From: a virus
Taxonomy: Duplodnaviria > Caudoviricetes
Strand: one strand, 5' to 3'
Length of the DNA: 64,000 bases
IMG/VR virus record: IMGVR_UViG_3300021959_007005
The notes beneath the pieces were generated by a model. That model did no database searches and was not told the origin of the DNA. It worked only from the letters and a program-made list of their open reading frames with translations. Numbering within the stretch: position 1 is the stretch's first letter; each line of letters opens with the position of its first letter. The position numbers were made by a program, and so were the translations under genes. Below are positions 54,304 to 63,625 of the stretch, piece after piece.

Positions 54304-55236
54304 ATGACTGTAAAAATCTTGAGCGGTAATAGTAATTTACCTTTTGCTACTAATGTAGCCACCCACTGTTTTACCGATTTGGTACCATCCAATATTAAAC
54401 AATTTGCAGACGGAGAAATATGTACAGAAGTACTTGAAAATATCCGTGGAAAAGATTTATTTTTAATTCAAAGCACTTGTACTCCAGTTAATGATAACTT
54501 AATGGAATTATTAATTATGATAGACACTGCAAAACGATCAAGTGCAAAAAGAATTACCGCAGTTATTCCTTATTTTGGTTATGCGAGACAAGATCGTAAA
54601 AGTGCAAGTCGTACACCTATTACTGCAAAACTAGTAGCAGATTTACTAACAACAGCAGGTGCAGATAGAGTCCTTACAATGGATCTACATGCAGGACAGA
54701 TACAAGGATTTTTTGATATTCCAGTAGATGATTTAACAAGCCGTGTAGTATTTGCTAAAGACATTGAACAACATATTAATGTAAGTGAAGGGACAGTATT
54801 TGTATCTCCAGACGCAGGTGGTGTTGTGAGAGCTCGTAAATTTGCTGATACATTTGCTGGTGATATTGCTATCGTAGACAAGGTTCGTCCAGAAGCAGGA
54901 AAATCTGAAGTAATGAATTTAATTGGGGAGGTAAAAAACAAACACGCAATTTTAGTAGATGATATCGTAGACAGCGGAGGAACGTTATGTAATGCAGCTC
55001 AAGCAATTATAGATGCAGGTGCATTAAGTGTTCGTGCTTATATTACACATGGGGTGTTAAGTGGTACAGCTAGTGAAAAGATTCAAAAAAGTGTATTGGA
55101 AGAACTTGTTATTAGTGATACAATTCAATATACTGGAAAAACCAAAAAGATTAGAACTGTAACAGTAAGCAAACTATTTGGTGAAGCTATTAGACGCATC
55201 ACTAATGAAGAATCAGTCTCAAGTCTATTTCAATGA
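54304..55236 (+). CDS. prs: ribose-phosphate pyrophosphokinase
   Basis: FADGE, YARQDR, DLHAGQIQGFF, SPDAGG, DDIVDSGGT. Confidence 0.97.
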   Translation: MTVKILSGNSNLPFATNVATHCFTDLVPSNIKQFADGEICTEVLENIRGKDLFLIQSTCTPVNDNLMELLIMIDTAKRSSAKRITAVIPYFGYARQDRKSASRTPITAKLVADLLTTAGADRVLTMDLHAGQIQGFFDIPVDDLTSRVVFAKDIEQHINVSEGTVFVSPDAGGVVRARKFADTFAGDIAIVDKVRPEAGKSEVMNLIGEVKNKHAILVDDIVDSGGTLCNAAQAIIDAGALSVRAYITHGVLSGTASEKIQKSVLEELVISDTIQYTGKTKKIRTVTVSKLFGEAIRRITNEESVSSLFQ

Positions 55237-56198
55237 CAGTTAAAGTAGGCATTAATGGATTTGGAAGAATAGGTCGGTGCGTAGCTCGTCATATACTTGA
55301 CGAGAGAGATGATCTGACTCTAGTAAAAATAAACGCAAGTGGTGATGTTGAATCTAATATCCATTTGTTACATTACGATAGTATTCACGGTCGTTGGGCC
55401 GGACAACTAAGCGACAAGCTAAAATGGAGTCATACTAGGGACATAGAAATGATAGATTGGTCCGGTGTTGATGTTGTACTGGAATGTACAGGCGCATTTA
55501 ACGATGGAGAAGTATCAAAAGTACACATTGAGAACGGAGCAAAGAAAGTTCTTATTAGTGCGCCTGCTAAGAATGTAGACAAAACAATTGTATATGGAGT
55601 TAACCATGAAGAAGCCACCAGTAGTGACAAAATTATCAGCAATGCAAGTTGCACAACAAATTGTCTTGGGCCAATGGCAAAGATATTGCATCAAGAGTTT
55701 GGGATTAAAAGGGGAATAATGACAACAGTACACAGTTACACTGGTGACCAAAGTACAGTTGACCGACGACATAAAGATCCCTATCGTGCTAGAACAGCAG
55801 GCATGAGTATGATACCCACCAGCACAGGTGCAACAAAAAACATAGGATTAATTATTCCCGAATTAGAAGGAAAATTAACAGGCAGTGCAATTAGAGTACC
55901 AACCGCAAATGTAAGTTGTGTTGATTTTACTTTTGAAAGTGATACAGATACTTCAGTTGATGATATTAATACGGCATTATACAATGCAAGTGTGAATGAT
56001 ATGAACGGAGTACTTGGATATGAAATTGCACCATTAGTTAGTATAGATTATAACCATACTAGTGAAAGCTGTATTGTTGCAGCCGACCAAACAAAAGTAG
56101 TAGACAAAAGGATGGTTCGTGTGTTAGGATGGTATGATAATGAATGGGGGTTTTCATGTCGCATGGCTGATAATGCCGCACATATAGCTAAACTATGA
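55233..56198 (+). CDS. gap: glyceraldehyde-3-phosphate dehydrogenase (type I)
   Basis: GINGFGRIGR, NASCTTNC, TVHSYT, RVPT, WYDNEWG. Confidence 0.95.
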   Translation: MTVKVGINGFGRIGRCVARHILDERDDLTLVKINASGDVESNIHLLHYDSIHGRWAGQLSDKLKWSHTRDIEMIDWSGVDVVLECTGAFNDGEVSKVHIENGAKKVLISAPAKNVDKTIVYGVNHEEATSSDKIISNASCTTNCLGPMAKILHQEFGIKRGIMTTVHSYTGDQSTVDRRHKDPYRARTAGMSMIPTSTGATKNIGLIIPELEGKLTGSAIRVPTANVSCVDFTFESDTDTSVDDINTALYNASVNDMNGVLGYEIAPLVSIDYNHTSESCIVAADQTKVVDKRMVRVLGWYDNEWGFSCRMADNAAHIAKL

Positions 56199-56557
56199 AC
56201 TGCATATGTCGCAACAGAGAACTTGTAATGGAGTTACCTAGTAGCGCATTTTCAGTACGATGCGCCGGCTGTCATGGAACAGTATACGGCTTAGAGAAAG
56301 AAGATTGTAGGCAAGTTAGGTTACCAAATATGTACAAAGCAGTAATAACATTAAAATTGGGTATACTAGATAATGCAGGAAATGCTGTTACCCATGCACT
56401 AAAATATTTAGGATTTCCAGAAGTAAACAGTGTACGTATTGGAAAGATATTAGAATACAATGCAGACAGTCTAGAACAGGCTTGTGCAATTGCTGAAAGT
56501 CAAACTAACGAAGTAATGGAAGACTATGAAGTTAGTGAAATAACGGAAAACAATTAG
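56195..56557 (+). CDS. purS: PurS homologue with N-terminal Cys-rich extension
   Basis: LKLGILDNAG.AV..AL..LGF..V..VRIGK, NEVMEDY; residues 1-45 carry CxC..CxxC. Confidence 0.8.
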   Translation: MNCICRNRELVMELPSSAFSVRCAGCHGTVYGLEKEDCRQVRLPNMYKAVITLKLGILDNAGNAVTHALKYLGFPEVNSVRIGKILEYNADSLEQACAIAESQTNEVMEDYEVSEITENN

Positions 56558-57421
56558 ATGGCAGTGGGTAGACATTTATCATCAATGAATAAACATAGGA
56601 GTAAATGGAAAGATATGACATTTATCGCAGCAATGGATCACAGTGGTGGTTCAACAGGTGGCGTACTAGAACGCTACGGACAAGAATATACTGAAGAAAA
56701 TAAAATGGATCTTGTGCATGATATGAGATTGCGCATGATTAACAATCATAATTTTAATAGTAGTTACATTCAGGCGGCTATTGTATATAAAGATAGTGTT
56801 GATCGGGGAATTGTTAACGTACTAGAAAGAAAGGGTATTAAAACATATCTTAAAATAGATAGTGGATGCAATGAAGACGGAACACTTAAACAGTTTCCAG
56901 TAAAACAGATGATTTCATATGCTAAAAACTATGGATGCATTGGAACAAAGATGCGTAGTATTGTAAAAACTACAGAAATATTGGATAAGGTGTTAGAGCA
57001 ACAATTTACACTTGCTACTACTATCTACAAGGCAGGACTAATGCCAATTATTGAACCTGAAATTCCAATTGATCATCCAAAAAAAGATCTATTAGAAAAA
57101 TTATTAGACGCTAGACTTAGAGCATTTTTAGAAAAGTATACTGGAATGTGTATTCTTAAATTAACACTTCCTGAAGAGTCTAACCAGTATTTACATACAT
57201 CCAAGTCTCCTAAAGTACACAAACTAGTAGGGTTATCTGGCGGATACGATAATAAAGAAGCATGTGAGAGACTTTCAAAAAATAGCAATATGACAGCAAG
57301 TTTTAGTAGAGCACTTAGTGAACATCTTTATTATACTGACAGCGAAGAATATTTTGATGTTGCTATTACAAAAAATATAACCAATATTTATAAAGCAGCG
57401 AATTCAGGAAATGAAAGTTAA
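56558..57421 (+). CDS. fructose-bisphosphate aldolase class I (bacterial)
   Basis: FIAAMDHSGGST, YLKIDSG, GTKMRS, PIIEPE, LKLTLP, LSGGY, ASFSRAL; true start may be 56615. Confidence 0.92.
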   Translation: MAVGRHLSSMNKHRSKWKDMTFIAAMDHSGGSTGGVLERYGQEYTEENKMDLVHDMRLRMINNHNFNSSYIQAAIVYKDSVDRGIVNVLERKGIKTYLKIDSGCNEDGTLKQFPVKQMISYAKNYGCIGTKMRSIVKTTEILDKVLEQQFTLATTIYKAGLMPIIEPEIPIDHPKKDLLEKLLDARLRAFLEKYTGMCILKLTLPEESNQYLHTSKSPKVHKLVGLSGGYDNKEACERLSKNSNMTASFSRALSEHLYYTDSEEYFDVAITKNITNIYKAANSGNES

Positions 57422-57434
57422 AAGGAAATCATGT

Positions 57435-57716
57435 ATGACTGAAATTAAACAAGCGATACAAGCAAGTCAATACGGACACCCTAATGTATATCCTAACAGC
57501 GAACACATTAAACCGCCGATGGAAAAAGAACGTATTCGAGTTATAGAAGCAGCTACACGAGCAGATCTAAAATTAGATCAAACTAGGAAAGTTGAAGAAC
57601 GAATGTTAGAGATTCAACAACTAAGAGATCAAGCTGCTACTCGCTACGACCGAAGCGGTAAAACTGTAAGCCCAGGAGAAACTCAAGGGCAGTTTATAGA
57701 TTTAGAAGTAAAATGA
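57435..57716 (+). CDS. hypothetical protein
   Basis: start moved to 57435 (AAGGA SD). Confidence 0.5.
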   Translation: MTEIKQAIQASQYGHPNVYPNSEHIKPPMEKERIRVIEAATRADLKLDQTRKVEERMLEIQQLRDQAATRYDRSGKTVSPGETQGQFIDLEVK

Positions 57717-58423
57717 GTACTAAACAAGAATGGTCTTTTATACACGGCTTAATTAAACTACAACGTCCTAGAATAGCAATAGAAATAGGAGTTGCTGAAG
57801 GACGTATGGCTAATGCAATATACAGTGCATTAAATGAAAACACACAAGATACAGATATTGAATCTTGGTATACAGGATTTGATATTTGGGATACACATGG
57901 CGTAAGTGGTCAATTTTCACAAATGGGATCATTTGAACACGTCGATGAAAAATTAAAACATATTGGAGATCGTTATTCACTTGTCAAATTAGACACACAA
58001 AAAGATCAAGACACATTTAGGAAAGAACTTACTAGTCGTTTTACACTTGGTATTGATTTTGCATTTATAGATGGCTGTCATAGTTATGAAGGAATTAAAA
58101 ATGATTTCTTTAATGTATGGACGCATATGAATCCACAAGGTATAATAGTATTTCATGATACCGCAGTAATAGATGGATGTAGAGAATTTATTGCAGATCT
58201 ACGCATACATAATAATGGAAGTTATGATATTAGCGACTATCCATACGGAACAGACGAACGTAATTGTGGCATTACATTAATAACAACCCCAGGATTTGGT
58301 GATGTTAAAATAGATGAAATATGTACAAGTATTAGTACTCCATCTGAAATATATGAGAAAGAAAAAAATCCATTAACACCAACTAGTCAATGGTGGCTAG
58401 ATAATTTAAAAGAAAGAATATAA
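57713..58423 (+). CDS. class I SAM-dependent methyltransferase (Methyltransf_24-like)
   Basis: IEIGVAEG, GFDIW, FAFIDGCHSYE..D, IVFHD. Confidence 0.85.
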   Translation: MSTKQEWSFIHGLIKLQRPRIAIEIGVAEGRMANAIYSALNENTQDTDIESWYTGFDIWDTHGVSGQFSQMGSFEHVDEKLKHIGDRYSLVKLDTQKDQDTFRKELTSRFTLGIDFAFIDGCHSYEGIKNDFFNVWTHMNPQGIIVFHDTAVIDGCREFIADLRIHNNGSYDISDYPYGTDERNCGITLITTPGFGDVKIDEICTSISTPSEIYEKEKNPLTPTSQWWLDNLKERI

Positions 58424-58780
58424 ATGACAAACCCATTTAAAGATATTGAAACATTTGGCACAGCATGTGACCAACCACCCAGTGAAGCAAATTACAAGAT
58501 GTATCTAAGTCTTGTAGATGAAGAAATGGATGAGCTATTAGAAGCTGTTGCTGCAAATGATAAAGTAGAACAACTAGATGCACTAATTGATATTCTTGTT
58601 GTTACTATGGGTGCTATTCGTGCCGCAGGTTGGGATGGCGAAGCGGCCTGGAAAGAAGTAATGGACACAAACTTTGCTAAGATTGATCCAGACACAGGCA
58701 AAGTACGCAAACGTGAAGACGGAAAAGTACTAAAGCCAGAAGGTTGGAAAGCACCACAACTAGCACAGTTTGTTGAGTAA
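58424..58780 (+). CDS. MazG-like NTP pyrophosphohydrolase (PRA-PH/Cof-like family)
   Basis: EEMDEL, LDALIDIL, EVMDTNFAK, REDGKVLKP. Confidence 0.85.
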   Translation: MTNPFKDIETFGTACDQPPSEANYKMYLSLVDEEMDELLEAVAANDKVEQLDALIDILVVTMGAIRAAGWDGEAAWKEVMDTNFAKIDPDTGKVRKREDGKVLKPEGWKAPQLAQFVE

Positions 58781-58854
58781 TAAATAATTTTTGTAATACA
58801 AAAGTATTATATTTGTGAGCGACGGGGTAAAGCCGTCAAGCAAAGGAGATTATT

Positions 58855-59826
58855 ATGGACGCACTCACTTTATGGAGCCTACTTGGCTTCTTATTAGCTG
58901 CCTATGCAGTTATAGCAAACGATTCAGTACAAACGCTCGGTACTTGGATGGCATCAAACAATGAGCGATTCAACTACAAAGTATTATGGGGAGCCGCAAG
59001 TGCAGTGTTACTTGCAACCTTATGGTACGGTTGGACAGTAAATGGTGGGGACATCAGTTACGGAAGACTAAACAAAATACCGTGGCAAGAAGTACAATGG
59101 TATCACGCAGCCGCACCTGCTATTCTTGTAGCACTTACAAGGATGGGTGTACCAGTTAGCACAAGTTTCTTGGTGCTAAGTGTATTCGCAAGTACCTTTG
59201 TACTAGAGAAGATGCTGATGAAATCAATCATGGGCTACGGCGTTGCGGCGGGTTTTGCATATGTAGTATGGTTTGCAATACACAAGTACTTTGGACGCTG
59301 GTATGATGAAACTGCTCCAGTCACTGAAAGCAATAAGAAGTTCTGGCGCATCGCACAATGGGTAGCCACAGGTGGCTTATGGTGGACTTGGTTGTCACAT
59401 GATATGGCTAACATAGCTGTGTTCCTTCCAAGAGTCATTCCAGTTGATCTAATGTTAATGATCAGCGTAGTATTTGTTGCTGGTCTATTCTTTATGTTCA
59501 GAGAGCGTGGTGGTAAGATTCAACAGATTGTTTTAGAAAAACATAACACAAGATATGTTCGATCAGCAACATTGATTGACTTGTTCTATTGGTTGTGTCT
59601 TTACTTCTTCAAAGAGTTGAATGACATTCCTATGAGTACTACTTGGGTGTTTGTAGGCTTGTTAGCAGGACGTGAGTTGGCTATGGCGACATACTTTGGT
59701 AAGAAGAAAACTAAGTCTGTATTCCCATTGGTAGCAAAGGACTTTGGTAAGATGATGGTAGGCCTAGGTGCAAGTGTTGCACTAGTGCTGATGATCCATT
59801 ATATTATTGTACCTAACGGATTATAA
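58855..59826 (+). CDS. multi-pass membrane protein, PiT/PHO4 transporter-like
   Basis: IANDSVQ and HDMAN resemble the two PiT signature motifs; GVPVSTS, IPMSTT. Confidence 0.6.
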   Translation: MDALTLWSLLGFLLAAYAVIANDSVQTLGTWMASNNERFNYKVLWGAASAVLLATLWYGWTVNGGDISYGRLNKIPWQEVQWYHAAAPAILVALTRMGVPVSTSFLVLSVFASTFVLEKMLMKSIMGYGVAAGFAYVVWFAIHKYFGRWYDETAPVTESNKKFWRIAQWVATGGLWWTWLSHDMANIAVFLPRVIPVDLMLMISVVFVAGLFFMFRERGGKIQQIVLEKHNTRYVRSATLIDLFYWLCLYFFKELNDIPMSTTWVFVGLLAGRELAMATYFGKKKTKSVFPLVAKDFGKMMVGLGASVALVLMIHYIIVPNGL

Positions 59827-59842
59827 TTAATAAACATAGACT

Positions 59843-59870
59843 AAAAAGGCTCTTTAATAGGGCCTTTTTT
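59843..59870 (+). terminator. intrinsic terminator followed by TTGACT..TATAAT promoter
   Basis: aaggctct/agggcctt stem plus T-run. Confidence 0.75.
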
Positions 59871-59928
59871 CTTGACTTACGGTTATTATAGCGTATAATA
59901 AAAGTTGTTAATACTAGTAGGAATATGA

Positions 59929-60675
59929 ATGAAAATTGGAATAGCAGGTTATGGATTTGTTGGTAAAGCACACCATAATGTTTTAAAATCTCACCATGAT
60001 ATTGAAATATATGACCCAGCATTAAAGTATAAGAATTTTAATCAACCTGATGCAGTAATTATATGTGTGAGTACACCACAAGGTTCACATGGCGGCTGTC
60101 ATATGGACAATGTATATGATGTGGTTAGACTTGCACCTAATGTTCCAATACTGATTAAAAGTACAATTAGTTTAGAAGGTTGGCAAACACTAAAACATAT
60201 GTTTCCAAACAACAATTTTACATTTAGTCCAGAATTTCTTCGTGCAGATACTGCATTACAAGATTTCGCAAATACTAAAGAAATAATGATGGGTGGTGAC
60301 GATGTTACGTTTTGGGCAAACCTGTTTACAGGTGCCATGGATGTTAACGTTAATATTTTTAAACCTGAAGAGCTTATTCTTATAAAATACTTCCGCAACA
60401 GTTTCTTAGCAACTAAAGTTGCATTCTTTAATCAGATATCTGATTTGTGTAAAGTAACTAATATTGATTATAAAATAGTATCAGAATATATTGGAGCAGA
60501 TGAAAGAATTGGCAAAAGCCATACACAAGTAACATCAGAACGTGGATTTGGTGGACATTGTTTTCCTAAAGATACATTTGCTTTAGTAACTACAGCTAAA
60601 AAGAATGGATATAATTTATCTATCTTACAAGAAGCAATCAACTATAACAATAGCATACGAAAGGATGATACTTGA
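59929..60675 (+). CDS. UDP-glucose/GDP-mannose dehydrogenase family (short form)
   Basis: GYGFVG, ICVSTP, IKSTI, SPEFLR, KYFRNSFLA, DERIG, GFGGHCFPKD. Confidence 0.88.
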   Translation: MKIGIAGYGFVGKAHHNVLKSHHDIEIYDPALKYKNFNQPDAVIICVSTPQGSHGGCHMDNVYDVVRLAPNVPILIKSTISLEGWQTLKHMFPNNNFTFSPEFLRADTALQDFANTKEIMMGGDDVTFWANLFTGAMDVNVNIFKPEELILIKYFRNSFLATKVAFFNQISDLCKVTNIDYKIVSEYIGADERIGKSHTQVTSERGFGGHCFPKDTFALVTTAKKNGYNLSILQEAINYNNSIRKDDT

Positions 60676-60705
60676 CAAATTTATGTCATAGTGTTATATT
60701 TAAAC

Positions 60706-60942
60706 ATGTTTACAGATTATACAGGAATGTCACAAGATCAACTAACAGAGAAATTATTAGAACTTCGAAAAAAACATAGTATAGCATACCAGACTGGTAT
60801 GTCACAGGATGTTGTAGATCAAATTCAGAATATGATAGATTATTTGCAGATACATATGAGATCTGAATTAGCAAGTGATGATTTACGCAAAGCACAAGAC
60901 GATGGTAAAGACCCTGATGAAGATGTGTTAAATATAGGATGA
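60706..60942 (+). CDS. hypothetical protein
   Basis: TTGACA-17-TATATT promoter, ATG 5 nt later; start moved to 60706. Confidence 0.55.
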   Translation: MFTDYTGMSQDQLTEKLLELRKKHSIAYQTGMSQDVVDQIQNMIDYLQIHMRSELASDDLRKAQDDGKDPDEDVLNIG

Positions 60943-61448
60943 AATTGAATAACTATAATGAAATTGTTGTTAAGGAAAATGATCTAGTGGAAGCAATGCT
61001 AGAAGGAAAAACCTTTGAAAAGGTTATAACTTATAACCCTGAAATTATTGACCAATTTAATCATTTTAGTACCTTATTTAAATTTGGTGATGAAATTGAA
61101 GTATCTAATCCTAGTAGAAATGGTGAGGATAAGTATAGTTATAAAAATGCTGACAATTGGTGGATACCAGAAGAATTTAAACAACTAAACATCGTGGATT
61201 ATATACTAGGACTAAGTCCTAGAGAAAATTATGACAGATGCGTTGAGGAACTTGAAGAATTTAAAAAGCGTGATATGTTTCCTGTACTAAAGTTTCTAGT
61301 ATATATGGTAGCTGAATTAAAAAGTAACAATATCTTGTGGGGTGTTGGCAGAGGAAGTAGCGTTTCAAGCTATATCTTGTATTTAATTGGTGTACATAAA
61401 GTTGATAGTATTAAATACGATTTAGACTATAAGGAGTTTTTAAGATGA
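60939..61448 (+). CDS. dnaE: family C DNA polymerase (DnaE-like) N-terminal fragment
   Basis: WGVGRGSSVSSYILYLIGVHKVDSIKYDLDYKEFLR (cf. GPGRGSAAGSLVAY.LGIT.VDP..Y.LLFERFL). Confidence 0.82.
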   Translation: MKLNNYNEIVVKENDLVEAMLEGKTFEKVITYNPEIIDQFNHFSTLFKFGDEIEVSNPSRNGEDKYSYKNADNWWIPEEFKQLNIVDYILGLSPRENYDRCVEELEEFKKRDMFPVLKFLVYMVAELKSNNILWGVGRGSSVSSYILYLIGVHKVDSIKYDLDYKEFLR

Positions 61449-61870
61449 GTAGAGGAGTTAAAACAGCCCGTGGCAGAATTATTGACATGGCTAGTATGGC
61501 TATGAAGCATGAACAAACTAGAGCAGTGAGTAATGTTCTTATGAATGCTCGTGGTGACCGTCTTAATAATGACGGTAGTGTTAAAGTTAAAGTAGAAGAT
61601 ATTGCAGTAGCTCATCAAAATATGGTAGAGCCACCGCAACAACAACCCATTAGTGATACAAAGCCAATTGTACAAAAGACTACCCCACAGCCTGAACCAG
61701 AAGTAGAAACACCAACTATGCCTGATTTAGATGAAGAATTTGAACAAGAAAATATTCCAGAACCCGTAAGTAAAATTACTAGAACTAGACAAGACGGAAC
61801 AAAGTATGTCGAAATTGAATTCGATGACGGAAGCATCGAAACTTTAGAAATATCATTAGATGAGGAATAA
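61445..61870 (+). CDS. hypothetical protein
   Basis: VKTARGRIIDM..NARGD.L; Pro/Glu-rich linker. Confidence 0.6.
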   Translation: MSRGVKTARGRIIDMASMAMKHEQTRAVSNVLMNARGDRLNNDGSVKVKVEDIAVAHQNMVEPPQQQPISDTKPIVQKTTPQPEPEVETPTMPDLDEEFEQENIPEPVSKITRTRQDGTKYVEIEFDDGSIETLEISLDEE

Positions 61871-63063
61871 TGACCAACATTAGCATAACCACCAGTCCAA
61901 CTGGTCGCAGTCCTGAGAACAAATACTTCTTTGGACATAAAACAAAATACTTAGACATGTCGAGGCCTAAGTATAATAAAATTGGTAAAGAACAAGACTT
62001 CAAAGACTTTCATAACGAAATGTATGAACTAGAATATAATCATAATCTTGTGTTTTATACATGTGGAATATGCTTTAGAGTAGAAACAAATGATGACAGA
62101 CATGCACAGTTTGTACGCAACATGTTTACTGTAGAGGAAAACGGATTAGAACACACAGCTGACTGGACAATACTACATAACACAGACCTAGTAGTTACTG
62201 AGCCCAAGATACATGTACACTTAAATGAACAAGTGATGCTTATTGCAGGCACTACTTTCTTAGGTGAGATTAAAAAAGGTGTGTTTGGTATTATTAGTTT
62301 TATGTTACCCGACAGTGGCTCACTTCCTATGCATTGTAGTGCATTTACCTACAATGATACAACAAACTTAATGTTTGGACTTAGTGGCACAGGCAAAACA
62401 ACACTTAGTAGTGATCCTGATTATCAGCTTATTAGTGATGACGAAGTTGCATGGGAACAAGACGGCATTCAAATGATTGAAACAGGATGCTATGCAAAGT
62501 CAGAAGGCCTTACACCAGAAACGCATCCAACTATTTTTAATGCAGTAGAACTTGCCCGTGAACGTGATACATTGGTTGTAGAAAACCCAGGTGTGTCAAA
62601 TGCTAGACTAAGTTATCCAATTGACTGTGTAGAAAATGCATATCACACATCAAAAATGTTCGACCATCCAACTAATATTTTCTTTTTAACAATGGATGCT
62701 AAAGGTGTATTTCCACCAGTAAGTAAAATTACAAACGGAACTATTAGACGTTTCTTTGAAACAGGATATACCAGTCAAATGCCAGGTACAGAAGCAGGAA
62801 CAGATGAAATTAAACCTTTGTTCTCACCTTGCTATGGTTCGCCATTTATGCCAAGAGCAGTAAAAGAGTATAGTGATTTATTAATACAAAAAGTACATGC
62901 CAACGACTGTAATGTGTATTTGATTAATACAGGCATGGATAGAGACGGTGTACGTTTTCCATTAGACTTTACTAGAGAATGTGTTAAAATGGCTATTAAC
63001 GAAGGTGCGCCTGATAATAGCAGTGCATGTTTAGAAATATTAGAAGAATTAATTAAGGAGTAA
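61870..63063 (+). CDS. pckA: phosphoenolpyruvate carboxykinase (ATP), compact form
   Basis: TGRSP, GEIKKGVF, MHCSA, GLSGTGKTTLS, DDE, GCYAK, PCYGSPF, YLINTG. Confidence 0.9.
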   Translation: MTNISITTSPTGRSPENKYFFGHKTKYLDMSRPKYNKIGKEQDFKDFHNEMYELEYNHNLVFYTCGICFRVETNDDRHAQFVRNMFTVEENGLEHTADWTILHNTDLVVTEPKIHVHLNEQVMLIAGTTFLGEIKKGVFGIISFMLPDSGSLPMHCSAFTYNDTTNLMFGLSGTGKTTLSSDPDYQLISDDEVAWEQDGIQMIETGCYAKSEGLTPETHPTIFNAVELARERDTLVVENPGVSNARLSYPIDCVENAYHTSKMFDHPTNIFFLTMDAKGVFPPVSKITNGTIRRFFETGYTSQMPGTEAGTDEIKPLFSPCYGSPFMPRAVKEYSDLLIQKVHANDCNVYLINTGMDRDGVRFPLDFTRECVKMAINEGAPDNSSACLEILEELIKE

Positions 63064-63066
63064 ACG

Positions 63067-63390
63067 ATGAAAAATATTAGAGCAATTAGACATAGTGTGT
63101 TAGGATTTTTTGTTAACAAGCCAGGAGAATCAACAACAAAAGGCGGGGTTATTGTTTTAGACGATGACGGAAAAACTAGAGGAATTAAAAGCAGGTACTT
63201 TATTGTTCATAGTGTAGGTGACGACAACATAGTAACAAATGACATCAAAGAAGGTGATATTATTTGTGTAGCGCACGGACGTTGGACTCGTGGATTTGAT
63301 ATAGATCATCCTGAAGGTAAAAAGTTATACGGAATCGATCCCAAAGATATTATGGGAGTATATCACGGAAGTGTGGACGAGATTTATTAA
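63067..63390 (+). CDS. groES: GroES-like co-chaperonin
   Basis: TTKGGVIV mobile loop, VHSVG, IKEGD, DIMGV. Confidence 0.7.
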   Translation: MKNIRAIRHSVLGFFVNKPGESTTKGGVIVLDDDGKTRGIKSRYFIVHSVGDDNIVTNDIKEGDIICVAHGRWTRGFDIDHPEGKKLYGIDPKDIMGVYHGSVDEIY

Positions 63391-63624
63391 ATGATAACTG
63401 CCGAACAGCTCGCTGATTTAGCTTTGGAAATTGACAAACGTGACCAAATTGATTGGGGCGAACTAGCTATTGACGAGCATACGGCATTTAAACTAATGGC
63501 AATGCATGTGCTTGATATGGATAATTGTCCATTGACAAATAAAGCAGTCATTGTTAAACTGTTAGTTGAAAACTTTGTTTTAAATCTTAAACTATTACAA
63601 AATTCTAAAAATTTAAGGCTATAA
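63391..63624 (+). CDS. hypothetical protein
   Basis: 77 aa ORF in operon. Confidence 0.55.
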   Translation: MITAEQLADLALEIDKRDQIDWGELAIDEHTAFKLMAMHVLDMDNCPLTNKAVIVKLLVENFVLNLKLLQNSKNLRL

Positions 63625-63625
63625 T

